The notes under the pieces are model-generated. The model did no database searches and was not told the origin of the DNA. It was given only the letters and a program-made list of their open reading frames with translations. The position numbers were made by a program, and so were the translations under genes. This document shows positions 8,244-16,569 of a stretch of 62,152 nt of DNA, one piece after another; position 1 is the first letter of the stretch, and each line of letters opens with the position of its first letter. This DNA comes from a virus (Duplodnaviria > Caudoviricetes): the IMG/VR virus record IMGVR_UViG_3300035523_000151, positions 1-62,152 of that record; one strand, written 5' to 3'.

Positions 8244-8903
8244 ATGCCCGCCACCTACCAGGGTCTCCTGACTGAACTGGGCCGGCAGCAGCGGTCCCTG
8301 GCCGCCCGACAGGGGCAGCGGGATCAGATCGCCGCCGACCGGACCGCCTGCGAAGCTCGTCTGACCGCCACGAAAGCGCAATCGCTGACGTACGACTTGG
8401 CCGCCACGGTGCTCCGCAAAACCGCCGATTACGCCCGGGCGCTCGCCAAAACGCAGTTGGAGAACCTCGTTTCCGCCTATCTGCAGGCCATCTACGGCCC
8501 GAGCTACTGGTTCGTCATCGACATGGTTGAACGAGCCGGCAGGGCCGAAGCAGAGTTCTTCGTCACATCGGGCTTCGGCCCGGACGGCGGCCTCCTCAAG
8601 ACCAGGATCGAAAGCAGCCGTGGCGGCGGCGTGGCGGACATCGTGTCCCTGGCACTCCGGGAAGCGATGTTGGAGACCTACCGCCCACAACTGGAGGGTG
8701 CTCTCGTCCTGGACGAGCCCCTCAAGATGCTGAGTGCGGAGTTCGTGCAGCCCGCTGTGCAGTTGTTAACGGCCATCGGCCAACGGTATGGCCGCCAGCA
8801 AATCATGGTCACGCACGACGGCTACCTCGCCCAGAGCGGAGCCGCCCACTTCCAGGTCACGCAGCCCGATGGCTGTACGAGTCTGGTGACCCGGATTGCC
8901 TGA
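8244..8903 (+). CDS. SbcC/Rad50-like ATPase, C-terminal half
   Basis: Signature-like SRGGG, Walker B LVLDEP, H-loop MVTH. Confidence 0.85.
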   Translation: MPATYQGLLTELGRQQRSLAARQGQRDQIAADRTACEARLTATKAQSLTYDLAATVLRKTADYARALAKTQLENLVSAYLQAIYGPSYWFVIDMVERAGRAEAEFFVTSGFGPDGGLLKTRIESSRGGGVADIVSLALREAMLETYRPQLEGALVLDEPLKMLSAEFVQPAVQLLTAIGQRYGRQQIMVTHDGYLAQSGAAHFQVTQPDGCTSLVTRIA

Positions 8904-9363
8904 CCTGGCATTCACCCCCACCCCCGAAGAAGCGGCCCGCGCCGCCAGTCTCGCCGCCGCCCTCGCTCGGTACCACAGCGACCCAACGCTCGGCCTGCCG
9001 GTGCTCGACCCCGCCGCAAACCGCTGGCATGACGCAATCTATGTCCCGCCCGCACTGATCAACGGATTCGCTCCGTGGCCGGAGGGCTACGTACCAGAGA
9101 CGACGAGCGGCCCGAAGGGCATGTCGATGGCGGAGTTTATCAACATCCACGGCCCGGTGAAAGCGCCACCGAGTCCGGGCAGCGCCGCCAAAGCGGCCCA
9201 ACTTCACGAAGAGGACAAACCGGCCATCACCGCCCGGGAGAAGAAGGCCGCCGAGAAGCGCCGCCTGGAGGCCGAACGGGCTGCCAGAAAGGCGGCTGAA
9301 GAGGCCGATAAACAGCGCCGCCAAGAGGCGCAAGGCAGCCTGCTCGGATTGATTGGAGGTTGA
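8896..9363 (+). CDS. Hypothetical protein
   Basis: Operon context; charged C-terminus. Confidence 0.5.
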   Translation: MPDLAFTPTPEEAARAASLAAALARYHSDPTLGLPVLDPAANRWHDAIYVPPALINGFAPWPEGYVPETTSGPKGMSMAEFINIHGPVKAPPSPGSAAKAAQLHEEDKPAITAREKKAAEKRRLEAERAARKAAEEADKQRRQEAQGSLLGLIGG

Positions 9364-9367
9364 ATAC

Positions 9368-9634
9368 ATGAGCCTGAATGCACTGTTAGGCATGATGGTG
9401 ATTGAAATCCGGGTTCTGGGCGCTCAGGGCTATGAAGAGTACGCCACGTTCGATCTCGCAAGGCCCCTGACCGACGCCATCGACGAAGCTAAGCAACTTG
9501 TGTCCGCCGGAAAGCACGGGACTTGCTACTCTGAGGCCAAGGTGGTGCTGGCGACCTACGCCGGCAAGAAGCCCCGGCGGCGGTGCCTACTGACGCTCGT
9601 GAAAGATACGGATGGGGTCACCGGTTACATGTGA
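9368..9634 (+). CDS. Hypothetical protein
   Basis: GGAGGT RBS, ATG 9368. Confidence 0.55.
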   Translation: MSLNALLGMMVIEIRVLGAQGYEEYATFDLARPLTDAIDEAKQLVSAGKHGTCYSEAKVVLATYAGKKPRRRCLLTLVKDTDGVTGYM

Positions 9635-9680
9635 TGAGTTTCCCGGCGCCCGGTGCGAGTCCGGCGCCCCATCGCAGCAT

Positions 9681-9792
9681 TCGCTGCCGGTGGTAACCGT
9701 CAGAGAGCCAGGAGAACCATTCGCCTATGCAATAGGGCGGGTGTAAGCGTACTGGACGGTATTGCATCTCTGGCGGCGACCAGCGGCAGCGA
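9681..9792 (+). ncRNA. Candidate structured RNA (long stem with potential pseudoknot)
   Basis: 9681-9689/9784-9792 and 9697-9706/9767-9776 pair; loop ATGCAATA (9727-34) is complementary to TATTGCAT (9760-67). Confidence 0.45.
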
Positions 9793-9820
9793 GGCCGCCA
9801 TGTCGACCCTCCTTCCCTTG

Positions 9821-9852
9821 GGCCGGGTACTCCGGTATCCGGCCACCTTTTT
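9821..9852 (+). terminator. Terminator-like hairpin directly before the tRNA
   Basis: GGCCGGGTAC-tccg-GTATCCGGCC followed by acc and TTTTT. Confidence 0.5.
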
Positions 9853-9929
9853 CGGGGTGTGGCTCAGTCTGGTAGAGCACTTGCTTTGGGAGCAAGATGT
9901 CGCTGGTTCAAATCCAGCCACCCCGACCA
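9853..9929 (+). tRNA. tRNA-Pro(TGG)
   Basis: Cloverleaf CGGGGTG/CACCCCG; anticodon arm CTTGC-tt-TGG-ga-GCAAG; T-loop GGTTCAAATCC; encoded CCA. Confidence 0.95.
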
Positions 9930-9968
9930 CGATTCAACAACAGCAGCTTTTTGAAAGGGGGCTTGAGG

Positions 9969-10283
9969 TTGGCCGAAAAGTGGCTTCACGTCACCATGAC
10001 GGACGGTTCCGTGTGGGCGGTGCCCGCCAAGATTGTGGCCGAAAATCGGGCGGCTTTCTACGCCGAACGCGACACCGGCAAGCGCTCGGGCGAAGAGTAC
10101 GACCAGGTGTACAAGGAGGAGGTCGAGTTCGCTCTTGACGACGAGTACGAAATCACCGATTGGGCCGCTGGGAACATGAACTGGTCAGACGTGGCCGACA
10201 AGGCGAAGAAGGTCCAAGACCCGCCTCCACCCGACTTCCAAGAAAGCTGGGTGAACGGCGCCAAAAGGGTCGTCACGGAGTAG
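9969..10283 (+). CDS. Hypothetical phage protein
   Basis: AAGGGGG RBS before TTG; protein-like composition (AEKWLHVTMTDGSVWAVP...). Confidence 0.7.
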   Translation: MAEKWLHVTMTDGSVWAVPAKIVAENRAAFYAERDTGKRSGEEYDQVYKEEVEFALDDEYEITDWAAGNMNWSDVADKAKKVQDPPPPDFQESWVNGAKRVVTE

Positions 10284-10309
10284 GTACCGCTGCGCAGGTC
10301 GTGCCTGCG

Positions 10310-10490
10310 CTGGTCTGGTGGGGGCCTGACCCACCACCAAGCCCAATCCGATAGGGCGATATAAAAAAGTCGGGGTCAACTGCGTGACGGACATCCGGCG
10401 TATGCCAGACCGCAGTAATGTTCGCCGGGCTCGGGGTCACCGTTAGCAACTGCAGGTGACTGGTCTGGTGGGGGCCTAACCCACCGCCAA
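10310..10490 (+). repeat. 31-nt direct repeat (10310-10340 and 10460-10490), hairpin with GGCCTRA loop
   Basis: CTGGTCTGGTGGGGGCCT(G/A)ACCCACC(A/G)CCAA; 29/31 identical; 150-nt period. Confidence 0.9.
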
Positions 10491-10823
10491 CACCCCATAG
10501 TTCGAGTCTGCGCCGGTCTGCGGCTCCCGACCGGCAACGCCCAGGGGCGAAGCTCCCAGCGGCGCAGGCTCCAGTGTAGACCATCAGGAGGTGAGGCTCC
10601 GGATGCCCTGCTACGATCCCTGGCCCTGGAATCATGCCTCCTGGTGGGGTGACCCGGCTCCCGCTGATCCGCCCGCCCGGCTGCTGGACGATAGCGGCGG
10701 CGGATTGGCAAACCGCCCGGTGCGGGGCACGCACCACGGCGCCCCTGCCCAGCAGCCCAGCGGCTATGGCTAGCGGAGCCCCGCCACCGGGGAACGCAGC
10801 CCCCACTTACCCCAGGAAAGGCG

Positions 10824-11015
10824 GTGAGGTCCACGCTCGGTATCGCAATCGTCGCACTGGCCCTCGCCGCCGTGGTCCTGCTGATGCTGGTCGCGGTAGG
10901 CGCTGCCGGTCTGACATGGGTGATTACTTACACCGGCAGGCCGTTGCTCTTACTTGGCGCTGCGACGTCAACCTCCTGCGCCGGTCATCCCGGCTACACC
11001 AGCGGCTTCGTCTGA
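10824..11015 (+). CDS. Possible small hydrophobic membrane peptide (63 aa)
   Basis: LGIAIVALALAAVVLLMLVAVGAAGL hydrophobic stretch; AGGAAAGG upstream; lies inside the structured region, so coding status is uncertain. Confidence 0.35.
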   Translation: MRSTLGIAIVALALAAVVLLMLVAVGAAGLTWVITYTGRPLLLLGAATSTSCAGHPGYTSGFV

Positions 11016-11178
11016 CGGAGCCCCACAAATGACTGTCCTGGCTAACGCCCCTCGCCCAACCACGGGCGGGGGGCGACACCACCAGACCTGTGGCGGCAGG
11101 GCTCCCACGGGAGCGAGGCCTTTTAGGCCGCCAGCGGCGCAAGCGGGGCACGATTCGGCTCCGAGAGGGGGTGAAACG

Positions 11179-11436
11179 ATGGTCATGACTCAACTGGCTC
11201 AGGTGACGATCGTGGTCAAGGGCAGGTCGGTTACGATTCATGCCGGCGACGTATTCGACGGAGGCGCTGGTAATCGCTTCGAAGTTGTGGATCTGGTGCA
11301 GCACGTCGACGAGCACGGGCAGGAGTGCGTTACCGTGATTCTTCGGCGAATCGGAACCGGCCATCTGCTGTCGGAGTCGCTGGAGCTGGTGACCGATCTG
11401 TTTGATGACGGTGATTACACGCTCCTTGACTTCTAA
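11179..11436 (+). CDS. Hypothetical protein
   Basis: GAGGGGGTG RBS, ATG 11179. Confidence 0.65.
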   Translation: MVMTQLAQVTIVVKGRSVTIHAGDVFDGGAGNRFEVVDLVQHVDEHGQECVTVILRRIGTGHLLSESLELVTDLFDDGDYTLLDF

Positions 11437-11497
11437 CCCATCGACCATGCCCCACGTGGAGGCGGGGCGCACAACAGCGAAAGCGGAGGGAACAAGT

Positions 11498-12100
11498 TTG
11501 ACAGTATTGGCTGGTACCCGCGGCGCTGCTCTCGCTATGGATCTTGGTCTGGATCAGCACATGGACCGACTCAAAGAGCAGTTGGCGATCCCGGTGGAAC
11601 TGCGCAAGCAGCGGATCGAACTGCAGCAGGCTCTGACGACCCTGGAGCAGAGCGAACTTCTGTCGGCTCGGGATGCGGAGGAAGGCGACAAGGCCGCCAT
11701 CTATCTGCCTATCCTGGAAGCCAAGGATGCGGCCGGTAAGACCCGTTACGGCAACGACGATGCCCGCGACGCGGCTTTGAAGGTGGCCCTGCGGGCAGAC
11801 GAGTTCTATCAAGGGTCTCTTACCCGCCGACGCAAGGCCGAGGCCCTGCAGGCGGAGCTGAAGACCAAGATTGCCGAAATCGACGAGCAGATCAAAACCC
11901 AGGCGGAGACGTGCTGGGGGCTGCGTAAGCTCATTGACGGTGGCGTGGCGGTCATCAACGCCGTCTGTACCCTGGACGCTCCCAAGCTGCCCACGCAGAT
12001 TCCGCTCGTCATCACCGGCGCCCTGCCGGCGTCCATCCCGCTCGTGGCTCCGGCGACGCTCCCTGTCATCCATCTGGTTCCGACGAAGGAGGCCGCATAG
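11498..12100 (+). CDS. Hypothetical coiled-coil protein
   Basis: GGAGGG RBS before TTG; helical composition. Confidence 0.6.
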   Translation: MTVLAGTRGAALAMDLGLDQHMDRLKEQLAIPVELRKQRIELQQALTTLEQSELLSARDAEEGDKAAIYLPILEAKDAAGKTRYGNDDARDAALKVALRADEFYQGSLTRRRKAEALQAELKTKIAEIDEQIKTQAETCWGLRKLIDGGVAVINAVCTLDAPKLPTQIPLVITGALPASIPLVAPATLPVIHLVPTKEAA

Positions 12101-12103
12101 CAC

Positions 12104-13021
12104 ATGACTGCTGCTGTTACTACGATTCCGAACCCCGATGATCAGCCCAAGTATTTGCTCTTGATTCCTGAACACCTTCGGCCTGCCCTGGTTAACCTGA
12201 GCCCGCGTGAGCAGATCGTTGCTGCCCGGATGGACAAGCAGCTTCTGGCGAAACTCACGCCCGACGAGGCCCGGGAAATGGTCGCCGAGATCGCCGGCAA
12301 TCTGGAGACGGATGAAAAAACGCCGTACATTCCCGAGGTCATCGAAATCATTCACGCGGGCCAGGTGTTTAAGACTGCTGATGGGCAGATTCTTGGCGGC
12401 ACTCTGGAGGGCATCGTCGTCCACCACCACCCGACTCGTGGTGTCTGGCAAGAGGGCGAGAAACTGCCGCTGTGTGCCAGCCTGGACGGCATCACCGGCC
12501 ACGCCCGGCCCGATGCCGGTCCGGACTTCCCGTGGGCCATCAACAAGGAAGGTAGCGGGCCCTGCACGGCCTGTCCGTGGGACGCCTGGGGTTCGGACCC
12601 GGATTCAACGGACCCGAACAGCAACGCCAAGCGGTGCCGGGAGAAGGAGCGCCTGTTCTTCCTGACAGATGACCGCTCCTTGCCGGCGCTGATCGGCATT
12701 CCCCCCAAGAGCCTGACTTTCTGGCGTGAATTTGTGAGCAACCTCCGTAACCGCAAACCCTTGATCACCACCCGGATGGTGCGGGTCAAGCTGACGCTGG
12801 AGAAGGCTGAAAAGCCCGGTCAGGTCTTCAGCCTGGTCAAGCCGTCGACGGTGGCAAAGCTGGATGACCAGACCTTCCTGGACGCCTCTCGGATGTCTAG
12901 GGCCATCGTAGAAGCCGCCAAGAAGATCGGTATCGAGGTGGGCGAGCACTACGACGAGCCGAACAGCGAGAACGGCGCCGCCGACAAGTCGGCCGACTAC
13001 AAGCCGAACGAGCATTTCTAA
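12104..13021 (+). CDS. Conserved phage protein with a Cys cluster, possible ssDNA-binding/recombination factor
   Basis: CASLDG...CTACPWDAWGS...KRC pattern; acidic tail ending in Phe, as in phage SSBs; function is inferred. Confidence 0.45.
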   Translation: MTAAVTTIPNPDDQPKYLLLIPEHLRPALVNLSPREQIVAARMDKQLLAKLTPDEAREMVAEIAGNLETDEKTPYIPEVIEIIHAGQVFKTADGQILGGTLEGIVVHHHPTRGVWQEGEKLPLCASLDGITGHARPDAGPDFPWAINKEGSGPCTACPWDAWGSDPDSTDPNSNAKRCREKERLFFLTDDRSLPALIGIPPKSLTFWREFVSNLRNRKPLITTRMVRVKLTLEKAEKPGQVFSLVKPSTVAKLDDQTFLDASRMSRAIVEAAKKIGIEVGEHYDEPNSENGAADKSADYKPNEHF

Positions 13022-13133
13022 AACCCAAAGCGCCCCCGCCCTGCGCTAACAGGGTAGAGGCGCCACAACCGGGGCCGGTGCGACCTGTGCAAGAGCGTAC
13101 ACCGGCCCCATTTGCTTCGATAAGGAGCACGGC

Positions 13134-13760
13134 ATGACCTACCTGAAGGCATTCATTTTCGTGGTCAGCCTCGCGGCTGCCACGAGTACCGCTTTCGGTC
13201 CCTCCGGACTGATAACCCGACCGGCCCCCACCACGGCGGCCCGGCCTGCCTCACCAGCGGGAATCGAACGGGCCGCCGCCGTCCGGCGGGAGATTGAGCA
13301 GCAGAACGCCGAGGTAACGGCCCGCCTGGAGGCCGCAGAGCGCCACCTGGCCGCCCTGCAGCGCATCGCCCCCATCGTACCGCCGAGGTACCGGGAGGCC
13401 GTCCTGGAGGCCGCAGCGCACAACGATCTGGATCCGCTGGACCTGGCCGCCGTGGGCTACGTGGAGTCCCGCTGGGACTGCACGGCGAAGGGCAGCGCCG
13501 GTGAGGTCGGATGCCTGCAACTGCTTCCATCCACAGCAGCGCAGGTCGCCCGGCACGTCGGACTGACGACGTACGACCTGGCCGACCCCAGCACCAACAT
13601 CGCCCTTGGGGCCGCGTACCTGCGGATGCAGGTCACCGCCGAGGGTGGTATCGACCGGGCGCTGGCCGCCTATAACGGCGGGCCGGCCGCGATGGAACGA
13701 AAACCGCTGTCCGCCAGGGCCTACCTGGGCCGGGTGCGGGCGGCGCAGGCGAAAGGGTGA
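13134..13760 (+). CDS. Lytic transglycosylase (SLT domain) with an N-terminal signal/anchor
   Basis: VESRW catalytic Glu, GEVGCLQLLPST, NIALGAAYL, ALAAYNGG. Confidence 0.85.
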   Translation: MTYLKAFIFVVSLAAATSTAFGPSGLITRPAPTTAARPASPAGIERAAAVRREIEQQNAEVTARLEAAERHLAALQRIAPIVPPRYREAVLEAAAHNDLDPLDLAAVGYVESRWDCTAKGSAGEVGCLQLLPSTAAQVARHVGLTTYDLADPSTNIALGAAYLRMQVTAEGGIDRALAAYNGGPAAMERKPLSARAYLGRVRAAQAKG

Positions 13761-14081
13761 TTGATGAGCGTGGAACCGGTCATTTGGACTGACGTCCGGG
13801 GCCGTCTGCTACATCCGGTCCTGGCACACAACACCCAATCCGGTACCCGGGAGGTGGAGGCCAGACTCTGGCACACACCCGACGACCCGGAGCAGGTCTA
13901 CAAGCTGACGTTCCGGCTGGTGGCAATCGGCGCTGATGTTGATATCTGGGTTCGGAAATATGCACAGGGCGACAAGACCATCAACTCCGCCCACGCGGCG
14001 TATTTCGACTGGCAACGCCGGGCGGAGCGGTGGCTGCAGGGCGAGTCACTGAGCGTAGTACGGCCCCGCATGAATCGGTGA
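13761..14081 (+). CDS. Hypothetical protein
   Basis: Operon context. Confidence 0.55.
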   Translation: MMSVEPVIWTDVRGRLLHPVLAHNTQSGTREVEARLWHTPDDPEQVYKLTFRLVAIGADVDIWVRKYAQGDKTINSAHAAYFDWQRRAERWLQGESLSVVRPRMNR

Positions 14082-14130
14082 CCAACGAACAAGGGGGCGC
14101 CGGACGCCGGCGCCCCGAGGGGGTGAGGGT

Positions 14131-14397
14131 ACGAGACTACGAGACAAGAAAACCGGCATCGAGTACGACGGTGACCGGTTCAACACCAGCGCTATCGACG
14201 AAATCATCGTCGGCAACGATGACGGTATGGATTCCGCTTACCAGCGGGACTTCGACGTCCTCCTGGAAGCCAAGCGGGAATGGAAGGATCTGAATCAGGC
14301 GTTCCACGATCGCGACGTCATCATCGACAACTACAACACCAGATTCTTTGAGCCCCAGACACCGGAAGACCGGGAACGGGGCCACACCCTGTACTGA
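14131..14397 (+). CDS. 88-aa hypothetical protein apparently starting at ACG
   Basis: Open frame (T/M)RLRDKKTGIEYDGDRF...HTLY; purine-rich RBS before ACG; TGATG overlap with the next gene; no canonical in-frame start upstream. Confidence 0.5.
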   Translation, partial: TRLRDKKTGIEYDGDRFNTSAIDEIIVGNDDGMDSAYQRDFDVLLEAKREWKDLNQAFHDRDVIIDNYNTRFFEPQTPEDRERGHTLY

Positions 14398-14624
14398 TGG
14401 GAACTTCTCTCCCCCTCGACTGCATCCCCCATCTTCGGGGCACCCCGCCCCCTACCAACTGCCCCCGGTGCGCGAATGCACCACCGTGGGCGAGAAGTAC
14501 GAAGGCGTGGGAAGCTGTTCCGCCCGGCTGGGCACAACGGCTCCGGGAGCGGGGGTTGCGGCCCTTGGCGCAGTGCTCCGGGTGTATGAGTGTCCTCGTT
14601 GAAGTGGAGGTGTTACCCGAATGA
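14397..14624 (+). CDS. Small Zn-finger-like protein
   Basis: CPRC...CSGC. Confidence 0.5.
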   Translation: MGTSLPLDCIPHLRGTPPPTNCPRCANAPPWARSTKAWEAVPPGWAQRLRERGLRPLAQCSGCMSVLVEVEVLPE

Positions 14625-15034
14625 AGGCTCAAGAGGCGATGCGGCTCAAGGCCCGGCTCCGGGAACGACTGACGGACCGGTCGCAGTATGACATTGTCCG
14701 GCCCTTGACTCTGGCGACGGTGATGGCACGGGTTGCAGAGTTGGCCGTCGCAGTGGTGGACGAGCTCGGAGCCGGGGCCGCTCTGGCGCAGCCCAAAGCG
14801 GCGGCGCCCCAGCCTGCGGCCCAAAGCCAGGCGGAAAACCCCAAGTTCGCAGCGGCCCGTGAGAAGCGCCAACGGCTCTTGAAGGCTCTGGAAAACGGCC
14901 CGCTCCATGCCGGTGAACTCGGCCGGAGGGCGATGCTCACAGCTGGAGAGTGCAGTTATCTGCTCAAGAGCACGCCGGGGATTGTGAACCTCGGCGGCGG
15001 CCGGTACGGCCTCCAGGAGGCGACGGCGTCATGA
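14621..15034 (+). CDS. Hypothetical protein with a possible C-terminal winged HTH
   Basis: RLLKALENGPLHAGELGRR...GGGRYGL. Confidence 0.55.
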   Translation: MKAQEAMRLKARLRERLTDRSQYDIVRPLTLATVMARVAELAVAVVDELGAGAALAQPKAAAPQPAAQSQAENPKFAAAREKRQRLLKALENGPLHAGELGRRAMLTAGECSYLLKSTPGIVNLGGGRYGLQEATAS

Positions 15035-15243
15035 ACAACCTGACCCGCCTTCTGGGCGCCACCGGTGCCGTGCAGGCTACCGCGCCCCGACGCCGGACCC
15101 TACAGCGGGTCTTGCTGTGGTGCATAGACAACCTGGAATTCATCTTGTTGGCAGCGCTGGCTGTGCTCGCAGCGTTGGCCTACCGGTGGGCGCAGCAGAG
15201 CATTCAGACCACAGACGCGATGCTGCGGGCGGCGGGACTATGA
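15031..15243 (+). CDS. Small membrane protein
   Basis: FILLAALAVLAALAY TM segment; ATGA overlaps. Confidence 0.55.
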   Translation: MNNLTRLLGATGAVQATAPRRRTLQRVLLWCIDNLEFILLAALAVLAALAYRWAQQSIQTTDAMLRAAGL

Positions 15244-15461
15244 GCGAGTTCTCGCCTGCGGTCATGGTTCGCCTGGAGAGAGGCGTTAACGCCTTCGAGC
15301 GAGCTGACGCCCTGACTCGGCGGATCGTCCTGGCCGAACTTCTGGGCACATCGGCCCTCGTGATCGAGAAGATTCGGCACGTCACTCCGGATGCGGCTAT
15401 GCACGAGGTTTTGCTGACCCTGGAAAACAAGCTGGCATCCGCACCGGCTAATCGTAATTGA
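15240..15461 (+). CDS. Hypothetical protein
   Basis: ATGA overlap with the previous gene. Confidence 0.5.
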   Translation: MSEFSPAVMVRLERGVNAFERADALTRRIVLAELLGTSALVIEKIRHVTPDAAMHEVLLTLENKLASAPANRN

Positions 15462-15549
15462 CGATTACACAACACCCCCGGCCCTGATCGGCCGGGAACG
15501 AGGTACATAAACCTAAAGCCCGATATTGCACGACGGGGAGGCGCCCCCT

Positions 15550-16569
15550 GTGAGTAGCTACGGCACATTTCCAAGCACGATTATCAGTGACCCTCGGTAT
15601 GCGCGCTGCGGCCCTATTTCGATGTTGCTGTATTTTCAGGGCCGCGCCCGGTGCGACCCTTATGGGCGGTTGCCGGGCGATCCTGAGATCCTGCACCACG
15701 AGGTCATGAGCACCTGGGCCTCCGAGCAGCAGTGGACGGACGACGATTTCCGCCAGGCACGGGACGCCCTGGTTCAGGCGCGTGTTATGCACCTCTATAC
15801 CGTGGCCGGGGTCGAATACCTGGAGTATGAGCACTACGACGACGACCAGGATCCGTCCCGCCTGAAGCGCCGGGCCGCAAAGTTCACCTACCCGGATCCG
15901 CCCGACCGTCCTGAACTGGCCGCTGCCCGCCGCCCGCACAACGTGGGTGAGTCCAAGAAGGGCAAAGCCCCGGCCCCCGGTGCCGTCCGGGAGCCCGGCC
16001 CCGCTGCAGTTCTGTCTGCAGGCGAGGAACCGAGTGCCGTCTCGGTTGCTGAGACGCCCGCTGTGACGCTGGAGGTGGCGCCAGAGGCAGACGATGCCGA
16101 GACCGCTCGGCGTGAAGCTGAGATCAGGGCTGAACGAGAGCGGTGCATCGCAGAAGCCGCTCAGGTACCGCCGGGATACAGTCAGTTACAGCAGTGTCAT
16201 GAGGCACATTTCGGCTCGCTATGTTTCGCCCCTGGCGATAAAGCGGCCCTTTTGGCTGTGATGGAGGACGCCGCAAAGGTCGGGGTGGAGTGGCAGACTC
16301 TGCGCACGGTGATGATGGAGCGCCAGGAAGATTACATCAAGCACCGGGCAACAAGTAAAGAGCCGCGAATCAAGCGGATTGGCTACTATCGGCAGGCATG
16401 GGACGAGCTTATTGAGAGGGCAAAGGCCGCACCAGGGAAAAAACTGTGGCAGATGCCTGCGCCCGACGACGACGATCCGCCTGATGAGTCGCCCGAAGAA
16501 ATCGAGTTGCGCCGTCGGATTGCTGACCAGAACGAACAACTGAGGCAATACAATGCCGCAAAAAAATGA
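15550..16569 (+). CDS. Putative replication initiator (replisome organiser)
   Basis: N-terminal ...LLYF...CDPYGRLPGDP...LVQARVMHLYTVAGVEYL wHTH-like pattern; Pro/Ala linker; directly upstream of DnaB. Confidence 0.65.
   Translation: MSSYGTFPSTIISDPRYARCGPISMLLYFQGRARCDPYGRLPGDPEILHHEVMSTWASEQQWTDDDFRQARDALVQARVMHLYTVAGVEYLEYEHYDDDQDPSRLKRRAAKFTYPDPPDRPELAAARRPHNVGESKKGKAPAPGAVREPGPAAVLSAGEEPSAVSVAETPAVTLEVAPEADDAETARREAEIRAERERCIAEAAQVPPGYSQLQQCHEAHFGSLCFAPGDKAALLAVMEDAAKVGVEWQTLRTVMMERQEDYIKHRATSKEPRIKRIGYYRQAWDELIERAKAAPGKKLWQMPAPDDDDPPDESPEEIELRRRIADQNEQLRQYNAAKK

Larger units (their letters stand above)
10284..11178 (+). ncRNA. Candidate large structured RNA (~900 nt)
   Basis: Dense nested helices, a duplicated hairpin and long-range complementarity; only weak short ORFs. 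Confidence 0.45.

Noticed and set aside
9640-9725. Cobalamin riboswitch-like words (CCGGTGCGAGTCCGG, GAGCCAGGAGA)
   Set aside because: The conserved AGGGAA and CACTG elements are missing, a better alternative fold exists, and no B12-related gene lies downstream.
9853-9929. tRNA-Pro as an integration-site remnant
   Set aside because: It is intact, internal to the early operon and far from the integrase; no duplicate 3' fragment was seen.
10310-10490. 31-nt repeat pair as a mini CRISPR array
   Set aside because: Only two copies, the 119-nt spacer is too long and itself structured, and there are no cas genes.
15449-15467. Palindrome TAATCGT-aattg-ACGATTA before the replication initiator
   Set aside because: Single copy, no matching -10 for the embedded TTGACG and no iterons seen; insufficient to call an origin or operator.
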